64,000 nt of DNA from Eledone cirrhosa. Lineage: Eukaryota. The position numbers and the translations under genes were made by a program. The stretch lies in NCBI GenBank assembly GCA_964016885.1, contig OZ024744.1, forward strand, positions 66,154,001 through 66,218,000, read 5' to 3'. Positions within the stretch are counted from its first letter, which is position 1. Every line of letters begins with the position of its first letter. The notes under the pieces were generated by a model, which saw only the letters and a list, made by a program, of their open reading frames with translations, searched no databases and was not told the DNA's origin. This document shows positions 25,053 through 37,864 of this stretch, piece after piece.

Positions 25053-27287
25053 AACTAACCTAATTAAGCTTAGATTAGTTGTAGGCAAGAGACTACTGAT
25101 AATCATCTCTATCTATGCTCCCCAGGCAGGCCTAGGTAAAGAAGAGAAAGACTGCTTTTACGAGCAACTTTTACAGACAGCCTCGATGACAGAGGACAGA
25201 GACATCGTTATGCTAGCAGGGGACTTCAATGGACATGTTGGACAGCTCCAGGATGAATACACTGGGGTACATGGTGGGTATGGTTACGGCTCAAGAAATG
25301 AAGGAGTGAGGCTTCTTGAATTTTGTGATGCAAGTACACTGACCATTTGCAACACTAACTTCCAGAAGCCTACCAAGCACCTAATAACCTACAAATCAGG
25401 TGAGCACATAAACCAGATTGACGTCCTGCTAGTTAGACAGCAAGACAGACAGATGGTGTCAAATACTAAGGCATACCCCGGGGAAGAATGTACCCCACAG
25501 CATAGGTTAGTTGTTAATAACATCTCAGTAAGCATCAGAAAGAATGAGACATATAGGAAGGTGTGGAAAAGAAAGGTCGGGAAGCTAAAAGATCTTTCAT
25601 TAAAATATAAATTTAGCAAAGCCCTTCAAGATGTGTATGACGAAAAAGAAGAAGATTTAGAGTTGTATGACATAGATGATAACTGGAATTTCTTGCGTGA
25701 CAACTTACTGCAGGCTACTGAAGAAACTTGTGGTTGGGGCAGAGCTTCAACCAGACAGAGTGACCTGGTGGTGGAACAGCACAGTAGATAAGGCCATTAG
25801 AGACAAAAGACTGGTATGGAAAGCTTGGAAAAATGGTGGGAGTAGGGAAGGATACACAGCCGCTAGGAGAGAAGCTAGACGTCAGGTGTACTTAGCACGC
25901 AGAGAGGCTGAGAGTAGGAGGTTTGCCAATGTTCTGCAACGGGAAGATCAGAGATGTGCGGTGTTCCGCAATGCAAGGCAGTGTGTCAGTGCAAATCAGG
26001 ATGTTGTTAGAGATAAATGTGTCCGGAATGATGCCAGTGTACTTAGTCTCACGAATGATCAAAAAAAGGAGGCCTGGAAATGTCATTATGAGACTGATGA
26101 ATGTAGAGAACGAATGGGACAGAGAGGTATTACCCCCAGTAGACCTAACAGAGGGACCAGCTATTGAGATTGACGAATATAGGGTCAAAGAGGCGATTAA
26201 GGAAATGAAGAATGGTAAGGCTGCTGGACCATTGGGGATAGTTGCTGAGATGCTGAAGGCATCAGGAGAAGTAGGCACTAAACTAGTTGCATGCATCATT
26301 AATCAAGCTATTTATGGTGGTGTCATACCCAAAGACTGGTGCAACAGTATTCTCATAAATTGCTACAAAGGTAAAGGGGATGCTCTTGAGTGGAGCAATT
26401 ATAGGGGCATAAAGCTGATGGATCAGGTTATGAAAGTGGCAGAGAAAATATTAGCGCAACTGATTATAGAAAGGGTCAAATTAGGTTGAGATGCAGTTTG
26501 GTTTTGTGCCTTGGAAAAGTACAACAGATGCCCTCTTCTTAGTGAGGCAACTACAAGAGAGGTTTTTAGAATAAGCTACTATACGTAGCTTTTGTTGATC
26601 TAGAGAAGGCCGTTGATAGGGTACGCTGATCTGTCATCTGGTGGTCCCTAAGGAAACTAGGTGTAGAGGAATGGCTTGTGAGGACAGTGCAAGATATGTA
26701 CAGGGGTGCTGTCAATAATGTGAGAATAGGAATGGAGTTTAGTGAGGAATTCCAGATACAAGTAGGTGTACATCAGGGTTCGGTCCTCAGCCCGCTCTTG
26801 TTCATTATAGTCCTCCAAGCCATAACAGAGGAGTTTAAGACTGGATGCCCATGGGAACTTCTCTATGCTGACGATCTGGTTCTTATAGCAGAATCAGTAG
26901 AGGAGCTAGAGAATAAATTCTGGCTATGGAAACAGCAGTTGGAAGCAAGAGGACTGAGAGTGAACCTAGCTAAGACAGAAGTGTTGATGAGTAGAAAAGA
27001 ACACAATACTCTGTGATTCCATCAGGGAAATGGCCATGTTCGATATGTAGGAAAGGAACTGGCATAAATTCCATAAAATGTATGCAATGCAGATCTTTGG
27101 TACACGCGAGATGTAGTGGGATAGCAAGCAAACTAACAGCTATGGAAAACTACGTATGCACAGGGATGTACAGGGAAATTTGACAGTAGTAATTGCAGTG
27201 ATAGACACATTTTTCCAATGCAGGTGGGTTTTAGAGAAGTGGTTGATATCATCGGGTATTCCGAGGTCATAGTATCTAGAATAAGGA
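25053..27287 (+). mobile_element. RTE-clade LINE, 5'-truncated and frameshifted (AP endonuclease + reverse transcriptase)
   Basis: APE motifs IYAPQ, GDFNGHVG, QID, QHRLV; RT motifs GKAAGP, NYRGIKL, GVHQGSVLSPLLF, LLYADDLVL; several stops and frameshifts. Confidence 0.95.
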
Positions 27288-27636
27288 CGTGTAAGTGTCA
27301 CAACAAAAAGCACCCAGCTCATACTGTAAAGTGGTCATATAGGTGTCACTACAAAAAGCACCCAGCCCACACTGTAAAGTGGTCGTGTAGGTGTCACTAC
27401 AAAAAGCACCCAGCCTTCACTGTAAAGTGGTCGTGTAGGTGTCATGACAAAAAGCATCCAGCACACACTTTAAATGTGGTTGGCATTAGGAAGGACATCC
27501 AGCCATAGAAACCTAGCCAGAAACAGTCCTATATGAGCAAGACATGGTCACCTAACTTGCCTCTAATGGGACAACCAGTCTAAGCCATGTTAGTATGGAA
27601 AATGGATGTATGATGATGATGATGATGATGATGATG
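27288..27636 (+). mobile_element. RTE-tailed SINE segment with four 48-bp repeats
   Basis: Near-identical to 14270-14523. Confidence 0.9.
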
Positions 27637-28027
27637 ACATACAAATGCAGTAATCTATCATCTATAGATCATCCACATTCAATACCCTCATGTCTCACTA
27701 CCACATATCATCCATGTTTCTTCTGTCAGATGCATCTTCATACATAAATTGACTCTCACAATTCTCTGATGTCTTGTATTCCATTACTGGTATCAGTCAT
27801 TAGATTATGGTACTGCCTTTGAAGGGTTTAGTCAATTATAATATCAAACCCAGTATTTATTTTTTATGCTTATTACTTATTTTATCAAACGTTTTTTTTG
27901 TCAAATAGCTAGGTTACAAAACACAAACATAAATACAGACACACACACACATATCATCAACATCATCATCATTTGAAGTCAGTTTTTTACCACACTTGCA
28001 CACACACACACATACACACACACACAG

Positions 28028-28762
28028 AGGCAAACTAACGGCTAGGGAAAACTACGTATGCAGTAGGTGTACAGGGAAAGTTGGCAGTAGTAATCGCAGT
28101 GATAGACACGTTTTTCCAATGCGGTGGGTTTTAGAGAAGTGGTTGATAGCTTCCGGTACCTAGGTGATCAGATTAGCATGGGAGGGGGGTGTTCTGAGGC
28201 CATAATATCTAGAATAAGGACGGGTTGGAAGAAGTTTAGGGAGCTGCTTACTCTGTTGACATAGAAAGGTTTCTGTTTGCGTACAAAAGGCTGGTTATAC
28301 GATGCCTGTGTTAGATGTGCGATGCTGCATGGTAGTGAGACATGGGCAGCAACTGCGGAGGATATGCAACGGCTGGAGAGAAATGAAGCAAGTATGCTCC
28401 GTTGGATGTGCAATATCAATGTGCGTGAACGACCCAGCATGGATGTGTTGAGAGAGAAACTGGGTATAAGAGGGATAAGTTGTGTGCAGGAGAGAAGGCT
28501 GAGATGGTATGGACATGTGATGTGTACATGGAGGATGACCGCTGGGTAAAGAAGTGCCAAGAAATGCCAGTTGAAGGAAGACGTGGTAGAGGTAGACCAC
28601 AAAAAACATAGACGGAGGTGGTGAGAGCAGACGTCAGATCATTGAAGTTCACGGAGGAGATGACAAAGGACCGTGACAAGTGGAGAGATGCTGTGCTGAA
28701 TAGGACCGTCCAACCCTTGCACACAGGGAAAAGCGGACGTAAAATGATGATGATGATGATGA
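28028..28762 (+). mobile_element. RTE LINE 3' portion with intact 3' end
   Basis: FRYLGDQI, MLHGSETW, RLRWYGHV, GRGRPQKT; ends gggaaaagcggacgtaaaa(tga)n. Confidence 0.95.
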
Positions 28763-28844
28763 TATATACTATATATAAATATAAACATATGTATATAAAC
28801 ATTATTTATATATATATAAACATTTATATATATATATATATATA

Positions 28845-29180
28845 TGGAGGCACATGTCTTATTGGTTAGAGCATTGGCCTTGCAATCGAAAGGTTGTGAG
28901 TTCAATTCTCAGACCGGGTGATGTGTTGTTTCCTTGAGCAAGACACTTTATTTCACATTGCTACAGTTTACTCAGCTGTAGAAATGAGATGATAGGGACT
29001 GGGGTCCCTATTATTCCACTGTAAAGTGGTCGTGGAGGGGCCACAGCAAAAAAGCACCCAGCACTCACTGTAAATGAGATTGGTGTTAGGAAGGGCATCC
29101 AGCTGTAGAAATCAAGCTGAATCAGTTCGCGTCCCACCCTTGCAAGCAGGGAAAAGCGGACGTAAAATGATGATGATGAT
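28845..29180 (+). mobile_element. CORE-type SINE with RTE tail, full length
   Basis: Family of 18366-18692. Confidence 0.9.
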
Positions 29181-29439
29181 ATATATATGTGTAACAACAC
29201 TATTGATCACATGGGTTCAGATATATAGTAAATAAAAAATATAAAAAAACAGATGAAACAAAGGCAAAAAATATTAAACTACCTCAATTAGGTGTCATTT
29301 TAGACTGAATGTGTGTGCTGTGTGTTTGCATGGCATGTAGTGAATGAGTGAACTAAAATTTAAGAGATATTATATTCTATCTGAATGTATAAGATGGTAA
29401 TAATGAAATGAATATATATATATATGCCCACACCCTCTC

Positions 29440-29775
29440 CTACTGTAAAGTGGTCGTGTAGGTGTCACAACAAAAAAGCACCCAGCCCACACTATAGTGT
29501 GGTTGGGTAGGTATCACAACATAAAGCACCCAGCACTCACTGTAAAGTGGTTATGTAGGTGTCATGACAAAAAGCACCCAGCCCACACTGTAAAGTGGTT
29601 GTGTAGGAGACACAGCAAAAAGCACCCAGCCCACGCTGTAAAGGGGTCATATAGGTGCCATGACAAAAAGAGCCCAGACGACACTGTAAAGGGGTTACGT
29701 AGGAGTCACAACAAAAAGCACCCAGCCCACACTGTAAAGTGGTTGTGTAGGCATCACAACAAATAAAGCACCCAG
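29440..29775 (+). repeat. 48-bp SINE-derived tandem array (~7 copies)
   Basis: Same unit as 13962-14365. Confidence 0.9.
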
Positions 29776-29779
29776 TCCA

Positions 29780-29840
29780 GGAAAGCCCTGATGATTTCCT
29801 TCCAATGAAACAGTTCTAGTTCTGTAGAAGTCATTTCTAT
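29780..29840 (+). ncRNA. Hammerhead-like core, family D
   Basis: CTGATGA (29788) tttccttccaat GAAAC agttctagtt. Confidence 0.4.
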
Positions 29841-30102
29841 ATATATATATAAGCAAGAAAGTAAGTGTTGGTAAAATCCAGTACTTCAGTATGTGGATAG
29901 GGAGCACTCAACGAAGATATAAGTTCCAGAGTTATATATAAATCTTTGGAAGAAAACTTTGAGACTAGAAATATGTAGTAACTTAACCACTACCATGCTA
30001 GTCGATGCATTGATCTCCAACTATCAATCGACCCTCTGAAACGATCGTAAAACAATGAACTAACTACCTATGTCTGACTTCTGTTTATTTTTCATCGTTC
30101 TA

Positions 30103-30138
<36 letters not shown>

Positions 30139-30562
30139 ACACATATATAACACATATGCACAGATATATATATTTAAATAATTTTGAAAACCATACAATG
30201 CACTAGAAAATTAAAATTGCCAAGATAACAATAGAATCTTACCTTAGCAAATTTGACAATCCCAAATATTTTCAGGTTTAAAAACCCATTATCAAGGGAG
30301 GATCCCTATGAGAGATTTAAAGGGTCGATTGATCCTTTGTATCGTTTTCAAAATTTAAATTTGTGTCTCCTATTCAACAATGCTTCAAGCAAACTACAAC
30401 ACTTTGTTATATATGATTTCATGTGATTGAAACAGTTCTAGTCTTGTAGAAGTCATATCTATACAAAATACATGTGCCTTCTCTATTAATGTATTGACTA
30501 TCTTATTTAACTTGTTTCTTCCATTACATCAACCCCATATATGTTTGTATATATATATTATA

Positions 30563-30643
<81 letters not shown>

Positions 30644-30799
30644 ATATATATATATCTTGGCCATACTCGATAACGAGGAGGCAGCCATCCTATATGTATG
30701 TACATATGTATATATGCATGTATGTACATATATATATATAGATAGATAGATGTACATACACATATACACACACACACACACATATATACATGACAGCAC

Positions 30800-31010
30800 A
30801 CCATTCAGACGATGCCTGCAAGAGCAACTGCACAACAATATGCACACACTGATGCAGTTGCAATGCAAAACAAACTAATAATAGCATTATCATCCATAGC
30901 ATGCTTTCAACGCATGAGGCACCTGAGACAAATAATTGACATCGCATGGGAAGACAAGGTCAGGAACGCTCTCACCCTAAAGAAAGCCACTGATCCACAG
31001 TGTATCAGAG
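30800..31010 (+). mobile_element. Decayed RTE/BovB-like LINE 3' fragment
   Basis: MRHLRQIIDIAWEDKVRN resembles the RTE CLRRILxIxWxDxVxN motif. Confidence 0.55.
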
Positions 31011-31401
31011 ATATCGGTGTTGCAGAAAATTCGCTAACACGGGGGTCTTATCCAAAAAGTAAAAAAACCATAGTTGCCTAGACTGGATTTAGACTATTTG
31101 AGGCACTAGGTACTAAAAAGATTATGCACCTCTCTCTCCCCGACCATCACCATCACTAGCACTGCCTCCACCACCATCACCACCACCATATATAAAATCT
31201 GCTAAACAATTTTTTTTTTTTAGGGGAATAACAAATACATTTAACCTTTTTTGTTACAATATTTCAAATGATAAACACTGTACTCAAATAAATTAACAAA
31301 GAATTCAGAGATTTACAAAAATTATTTCATAAAGATAGTATTTGTAACATCACTTAATAGAGGGTTCTTATATAAAATTACATTGGACGATTTTAAGTTA
31401 A

Positions 31402-31610
31402 CCCTTTAGCATTTACATTACCCTATTTTAACTATTTATATTTTCATGGTAAAGGCTTTACCTCACATAATATTGAATCTATGAGATTTTGATATCATTT
31501 ATTTTGAGAACAATACCTTAACATCAGTATGAGTGGTTGGATACAGCTGGTTTGAACAGAAAGAAGTGGGAGAATTCTGGCCAGATACAGCTAGTTTAAA
31601 TGTTAAAGGG
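31402..31610. mobile_element. piggyBac-type MITE
   Basis: TTAA|ccctttagcattta ... taaatgttaaaggg|TTAA; homologous to 9745-9953. Confidence 0.85.
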
Positions 31611-31649
31611 TTAAAGAGGAACCCCTTAAAAAGAGGTAGTTTTGTTTTG

Positions 31650-31815
31650 CGAGTCCATTGCAAGGTTAAATTCCAGCTATTGCTGGTACTCATTTTCAGT
31701 TAAATATACTGGAGCAATGTGAAATAAAGTGTTTTGTTTGAGAACACAACACACAGCCTTATCCAGAAATCGAACCCACAACATTATAATTGTAAGTCCA
31801 ACACCCTTACCACTA
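31650..31815 (-). mobile_element. CORE-type SINE 5' part
   Basis: ctggagcaatgtgaaataaagtgttttg and gaaatcgaaccc reverse-complement motifs. Confidence 0.65.
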
Positions 31816-32366
31816 GAGTTAATTTGAATAAAATGGTGACCCTTCTTCCCTTGATGCCCTACTAAGCATGTGATTATTCTTTACTTAACAGTTAATCCAG
31901 CCCTGGTGGTTACTGAAATGACAGCTGGCTAGCAGTAGCAGATAGCATGGTAGACCTCCAACTGTGATCAACAACATGGTGGTTGGCTAATCAGTAACAT
32001 GAGCAGATTAAATATTGTCACCCATCTCTCATGACTGGACCACAACAGCTTAGGACAGAAGAAACCAGTGGGGGAGGGGGGGGGGGAGAGCTCTATTTTT
32101 CATACTATGATTCATGACTCATGACTTTGTGTTATGGATCTTCATCAATGGTTACTGTTGGATAGCCTAAGACGATGATTATGTGTGTTTATATACATAT
32201 CTATGTTTATACACACACATATGCACACACACACACTCACTCACTCACACACACACATATGCACACACACACACACACTCACACACATACATATATATAT
32301 CTATATATATCTATAGGAAAAGAGACAGGACCTCTATCTATCTATCTATCTATCTATCTATATATC

Positions 32367-33010
32367 CAGGCTTTGCTCTTCCTCTCAACCACATCATCTT
32401 CTGTATTCCCAAATCTTTGCTCCCAAATACAGGAAGTCCTCAACCAATTCTATCGGCTTCCCGCCTACATTAGTAATCTTCTCTGGCTTCTTAATATTCT
32501 CTACCAGATACTTCGTCTTAATCTCATTCATTCTCAGCCCCACTCTCATCGACACAGTCTCAACCTCCTGAATCAAATCCTCTGCCTCCTTCACTGTGTT
32601 TGACACCAAAACTATGTCGTCGGCAAATTCAGCATCCGATATCTTTATTGCCTTAACTCTCCTGCTCTGAGCCGGTGTTACAGTAAAGCCAAAGTCCTGG
32701 TGTTTCTCCAGCGCAAGGCGCATACAATAGTCCACTGCAATTATAAAAAGGTAGGGAGCCAATGTATCTCCCTGGAGCACTTCAGCCATAATCTCAAAGA
32801 ACTCTGTCATCCCATCAGGACTTGGGCTTTGGTGTTGGTGTCGAGCAGTGATATCAGGTCCACTATCTTCTTGGGGATTCCATAAGCCTGTAAGATCTTC
32901 ATCAAGCAGTGATGGGCCACAGAATCAAAGGCCTTCCTGAAGTCAATGAAAACCATGACTGCAGGAAGGCACTTTGCTCTAGCTCCCTCTAATATCCTCC
33001 TCAGCATCAT
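32367..33010 (-). mobile_element. LINE reverse-transcriptase fragment (RTE-group, distinct from the 25-kb family)
   Basis: FIDFRKAFDSV, VLQGDTLAPYLF, EFADDIVL, FLYLG. Confidence 0.9.
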
Positions 33011-33034
33011 ATATATATATATATATATATATAT

Positions 33035-33193
33035 CAGATAGGGTGTGGTAAAAAACAAGGTGGACCATAACCCACTAGAGTACTCGATACTTGGGGTAGT
33101 AGAACCATGGCGGCTGAGCTCCAGCAGTTTTGGAAGCTAGATCTAGCTGTCAAAACGGCCGGAGTTCAACCGTTGGGGTCCTGAATCTTTTCA
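33035..33193. mobile_element. Diverged copy of the 6757-6955 fold-back family
   Basis: ggaccataac..agagtactc..atactt shared; hairpin centre agctagatctagct. Confidence 0.65.
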
Positions 33194-33225
33194 TATATAT
33201 ATGCATGTGTGCATGCCTGAATGTA

Positions 33226-33271
<46 letters not shown>

Positions 33272-33299
33272 AAGAGAAAGAGAAAGAGAAAGAGAGATA

Positions 33300-33550
33300 A
33301 TAGAAGAATTGAAGTCAGTGTTGCAGCATATGTACAAACTTTATTGGTAAATTACAATTGTTTCAATATTGGAACAATTGTAATATACCAATAAAGTTTG
33401 TTCGCTGACTTTGATTATCCTTAATCTATTTACACTCAGCAAACTACAGCTGCCTTAACTCTAGAATACAACCCAAACAAGATGGACTTTGTAACAGCAT
33501 TGAGTGCTTCTAATGGGACACAGTCTGTAACAGTAGTTACATACCTAACA
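33300..33550. mobile_element. Fold-back element, family F
   Basis: 34-bp arms 33334-33367/33368-33401 containing GAAACAATTGTA..AATAAA; tail gcaaactacag..acccaa..acagcattgag shared with 35210-35290. Confidence 0.7.
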
Positions 33551-33574
33551 TGTATAATAATAATAGTAATAATA

Positions 33575-34092
33575 TATGAAATACCAACAGAAAAAAGATG
33601 GTACAAATACACACCAGAAAAAGTATCAGAGAATGACAAAGCAACCATTCTCTGGGATGTGCCAATACATACAGACAGAGAGATCAAAGACAACTGACTA
33701 GATATTATAGTCAAAGACCACAAAGAAAAAAATGCCTTCTAATAGATATATCTATCCCCACAGATGACAAAATATCTTCCAATGAAATAGAGATACTCTC
33801 CAAATATAAAGATCTAGAGATAGAAATCACTCGAATGTGGAAAAATGAAAGCAGAAACAATATCTATAATAATAGGTGCTCTGGGAATGATAAAAAAACA
33901 CAGACAAATACATAACCAAAACCTTACAAATATATACTGCATACTAACTTACAAATATATACTGCATACAAAAGATAGCACTACTAGGCACTGCACACAT
34001 AAGAAAAGTACTACCATTACAATAGAAACAACACCAGCAAAAACTACACTGCTCATAACCAAGTGCACAGAGCTGTGCTCGGTAAAGCAGTA
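33575..34092 (+). mobile_element. R4/Dong-type non-LTR retrotransposon 3' fragment (RLE endonuclease region)
   Basis: WYKYTPEKVSENDKATILWDVPIHTDR..DIIVKD..LIDISIP..KYKDLEIEITRMW..IIIGALG; (TAA)-rich flanks. Confidence 0.85.
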
Positions 34093-34104
34093 ATGATGCA
34101 TAAT

Positions 34105-34295
34105 AAAAATAATTGTTTCTACTTTTGGCACAAGGCCAGCAATTATCTCAGTGCATTACTGGTACTTTATTTTATCAAACCCGTAAGGATGAAAGGCAAA
34201 GTTAACCTCGGCGGGATTTGAACTCAGACTGAAAAGGGACGTAACTCTATGCTGCAAAGCATGGTGTCTGACACTCTACCGATACTTCCAAACCA
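34105..34295 (-). mobile_element. Meta-domain-like SINE
   Basis: Family motifs. Confidence 0.85.
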
Positions 34296-34344
34296 ATAAT
34301 AAGGAGTAGGAACGAGGTATCAAAATATCATCATTATGTTTATT

Positions 34345-34424
34345 CACGTGACACATGTTTCACAATTGAACAATTCAAAGTAAAATTAGTATCGACTCTG
34401 GAATTGATAGCTCATCAGACTCGC
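34345..34424 (-). ncRNA. Hammerhead motif, family E (weak stem I)
   Basis: CTGATGA gctatcaattc..gaattg.. GAAAC atgt GTC acgtg aataaa. Confidence 0.55.
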
Positions 34425-34480
34425 AGTTTCCTTAATGACAGGCTGCAACTGGTGAACCGATAGTAACCTAAAGTTACACA

Positions 34481-34512
<32 letters not shown>

Positions 34513-34517
<5 letters not shown>

Positions 34518-34680
34518 ATGTATGACCCCGACGGCAGAGCTCAAGCCGTTTCGACGGCTATTTCGAAATGGCTTGAGCTCTGCCGTCATACATTTTCCTA
34601 TTACCCACTCTACCACCCTAAGTATTGAGTAATCTGGTGCTTTATGGTCCAGCTGGTTCCTTACCACAACTCCTTCATTA
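34513..34680 (+). mobile_element. Copy of the 6757-6955 fold-back family
   Basis: gaccccgacggcagagctcaagccgtttcgacggctatttc then inverted arm and shared tail. Confidence 0.8.
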
Positions 34681-34959
34681 TATATATTTATAGGGAGAGT
34701 ACTATTCAGCTCAATTTGGGGGGCTATTAGCCAGACCAACTAAAATAATTCAGTTTTAACTCTTATAATTTCTTCTTTATGATAATATGTTAAATTACAC
34801 CTCTGAGTTTGATAATTTATCTGTATATTTTATCTTTTCATTGAGATGTCTAAGTATTATAGATAAATAATTTTTTAATTGATACATATATATATATATA
34901 TGTATCTCTGCAAGATATATATATATATATATATATGTATCTCTGCAAGAGAGAGAGAG

Positions 34960-35330
34960 AGAGTGTGAAAAAGAATTGCAGCTGTTTTTGAAACTTTATT
35001 ATATATTACAATTGTTTCTATATCGAGCAGCTCTGGTTTGACCATGCGAATGGATCCCAACTCTTAATCAACACTTCTTCAGATATGAGAGTTTACATGT
35101 GTGGTCATATCCATTGATTAAAAGTTGGGATCTGATCGATATAGAAACAATTGTTATATGCAATAAAGTTTCACAAAAAGCTACAATTCTTATCGTCATT
35201 CTATATATACACTCTGCAAACTACAGTCGCCTTAAACCTGGAACGCAACCCAACAAGAAACAGACCCCCTCATACAGCATTGAGTTTTTCAACCAGCATC
35301 ACTGCTAGTAAGCACAAGTTACTCATATAA
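34960..35330. mobile_element. Fold-back element, family F, with hammerhead core on the minus arm (35003-35086)
   Basis: Minus: atat CTGAAGA ..~57 nt.. GAAAC aatt GTA atat ataataaa; inverted partner arm 35113-35190. Confidence 0.65.
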
Positions 35331-35333
35331 TAA

Positions 35334-35366
<33 letters not shown>

Positions 35367-35426
35367 TAATCGACCATATTGTCCTATGCACAAACACATA
35401 TACGCATATGTACACACACACACAAT

Positions 35427-35465
<39 letters not shown>

Positions 35466-36009
35466 ATAGACATTAATATTCTACCCATTTAGAACTCAAT
35501 GTAGATTGGATGTATTGTATTGAGGCTAACACTACAGAGTTGCTTAACTACTATTGATTAGTCAATATATCAATAATATCGTTTATTTTTGCCTTTTGAA
35601 ACAATTGTAAAACAATGGATTAATTAAGTACTAAACCATGTCTTATTTGTTTTCATTGTTCATTCATATATCATCATGAGAGCTTGGATGAACTGAGAGA
35701 GCAACTGGTTTTCCGAGTTATCAGAACAGACAAGGTGTGCAAGAGATAAGACTGCATTGGTTTGACCATGTGATGCAGATGGATGATTATATTTATATAT
35801 ATATATATATATACATATTTATATATATATGACAAGTAAGTATATTTTGAAACAGTGAGCAGGTTTGAAATTAGAAAATAGAATAGCTTTCACCGTATTT
35901 TTTGACTAAAGAAATTTAAGCCTGATAATGGGGTTTAGAACCCTCAGATAAATGGAAAAAGATGAGTATTGACGTACATGGTGTGTATATATATATATAT
36001 ATACATACA

Positions 36010-36310
36010 TCATCATCATAGTTTAATGTCCATTTTCCATGCTAGCATGGATTAGACAGATTGTCCCTTTTGAGGCAAGTCGGGTCAGGTGACTGTGTCA
36101 TGCTCACACAGAACTGTTTCTGGCTTGGTTTCTACAATGTGTGCTGGATGCTTTTTGTTGTGATACCTACACAACTACTTTACATTGTTGACAGGGGGAT
36201 TTTTGTGTTGTGTCATCTACATGACCAATTTATAGTGTAAATTGGGTGCTTTTTGTGTTGTGACACCTACACGACCACTTTACAGTGTGGGCTGGATGTT
36301 TTTGTGATAC
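36010..36310 (-). mobile_element. Old RTE-tailed SINE with degenerate 48-bp repeats
   Basis: catcatc..tttaatgtccattttccatgctagcatgg tail; tgtgacacctacacgaccactttacagtgtgggctgg units. Confidence 0.75.
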
Positions 36311-36769
36311 CAATACAACTCATGTGCATGGGAAGGTGTGTCTTCTGTGTTACTGCATTACACCAAAGATCTTATTCCTGTGTCATTGTCTTTGAGAGGT
36401 GCAATTGGGCAAGGCCAGCTTTTATCACCTCATCCCAGGTCTTTCTGGGTCTTCCTACTCCACAGCTTTCACCAACTTTGATTACCTTGCACCTTTTTTT
36501 ATACAGCTATCATCCTTCAAATGCATCACATGGCCATAACAATGCAATCTCCTCTGCTGCACACTGCATCTGATCCCTCCTATGCCTAAGTTCTCTCTCA
36601 TTTCAATTACGCTTTGCTGTTCATGTATATTACTATTACACATCCATTAGAACATGCAAGCTTCATTTGTTTGCAATCTTCGCTGGTTCTCTGCACACAA
36701 TGCCTATGCCTTAACACCATGCAACATTGCTGTTCGTATACATATATATTTGTTTGTGTGTGTATATAT

Positions 36770-37779
36770 GACTCCGTCACTTCTCGCTTTTTTCCAAACC
36801 CACCCATTACTGCTTTTAAGTGCGACCGAAACCTCCACGACCTCCTGGTTCGCAGTTCCTTTTCGTCCTCTCCCACGACTCCACCCAGCTCTCATCCTTG
36901 TTCCCATTCCCGCTGCACTTGTCCCTTTATTTCCACCCTCACCACTCTTACAGGCCCTAACGGGTCTTTCTGTATCCACCATTCCTTCACCTGCACATCC
37001 ACCCACGTTGCCTCTGCCCTCCGGTGTTCCCTTTGTGGGTCTTTATATATCAGACAAATGGGACGCCGTATGGCGCACTGTTTTGCCAAACATTTGAGGG
37101 ACATATGACTCGGTTTGAATACTCCTGTCACCCGTCATTTCTGTTCTGGTCATTCTTCCCTACATGTTTCAGTACTGGGTGTCCTTTTACATCATGGAAC
37201 ACAGGCCTCGCGCACCAGGACTGAACAAAGTCTGATTCACCGTCTTGGGTGCTATTCCCCTCTTGGACTCAACTCACCTCCCCAATTTCTCTAATACCCC
37301 GTCCATTATCACACCCTAGATTCCTATCGCTTTCTCTTTGCTCATAGCTTCGTACTTACATGCACACACTCTTTTACTCACATATACACACACATCTCTT
37401 CTTAGCTTTGTACACACACACACAGACACTCATGCTCAAGTATAGCTCTTTTTACAAAACGTTTTTTTTTCCATTTCAGGTAGATGCGCGCCATCATCCA
37501 CTTTTCTAAAAAAACAAATCATACACAAAATGCCAGCACCAACAGTTTTGCAAGAGATGTCAACATGAATGGACCTATTATTTTTATCTAAAAACATTTT
37601 TTCCAATTCCATCCCGCCCGTCCCCTTAATCTATTTTATTTCTCATTCTTTCTTCTGATGAAGGACTAGAAGGACTAGCATCCGAAACGTTAAGACCCTC
37701 TTCCTGCTATATCAAGCGTTAACCTAATATATACCTTCCATATACTGTACTGATTGTGTTGTTATTTCTGTTTACCTTT

Positions 37780-37780
<1 letters not shown>
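36770..37780 (+). mobile_element. Penelope-like element 3' portion (GIY-YIG endonuclease + pLTR)
   Basis: NLHDLLVRS, C-x2-C linker, FTCTSTHV..LRCSLCGSLYIRQMGRRM..F.KHLRDI..PVTRHF..EQSLIHRLG..PLGLN; 3' region carries a hammerhead and ends in (TA)n. Confidence 0.9.
37651..37695 (+). ncRNA. Minimal type I hammerhead in Penelope pLTR, family G
   Basis: tctt CTGATGA agga..tcc GAAAC GTT aaga; palindromic AACGTT stem III. Confidence 0.75.
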
Positions 37781-37833
<53 letters not shown>

Positions 37834-37864
37834 CATATATATATTTCTGTGTGTGTGTATGTAA

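Noticed and set aside
29990-30060. GAAAC-GATC-GTA preceded by a hairpin (similar motif at 35598)
   Set aside because: No CTGANGA or stem I; at most a decayed hammerhead, not counted
30235-30400. Strong minus-strand donor (aag|gtaaga) as candidate KIF26 exon
   Set aside because: Stops in all three frames from the nearest plausible acceptor and no KIF26 similarity
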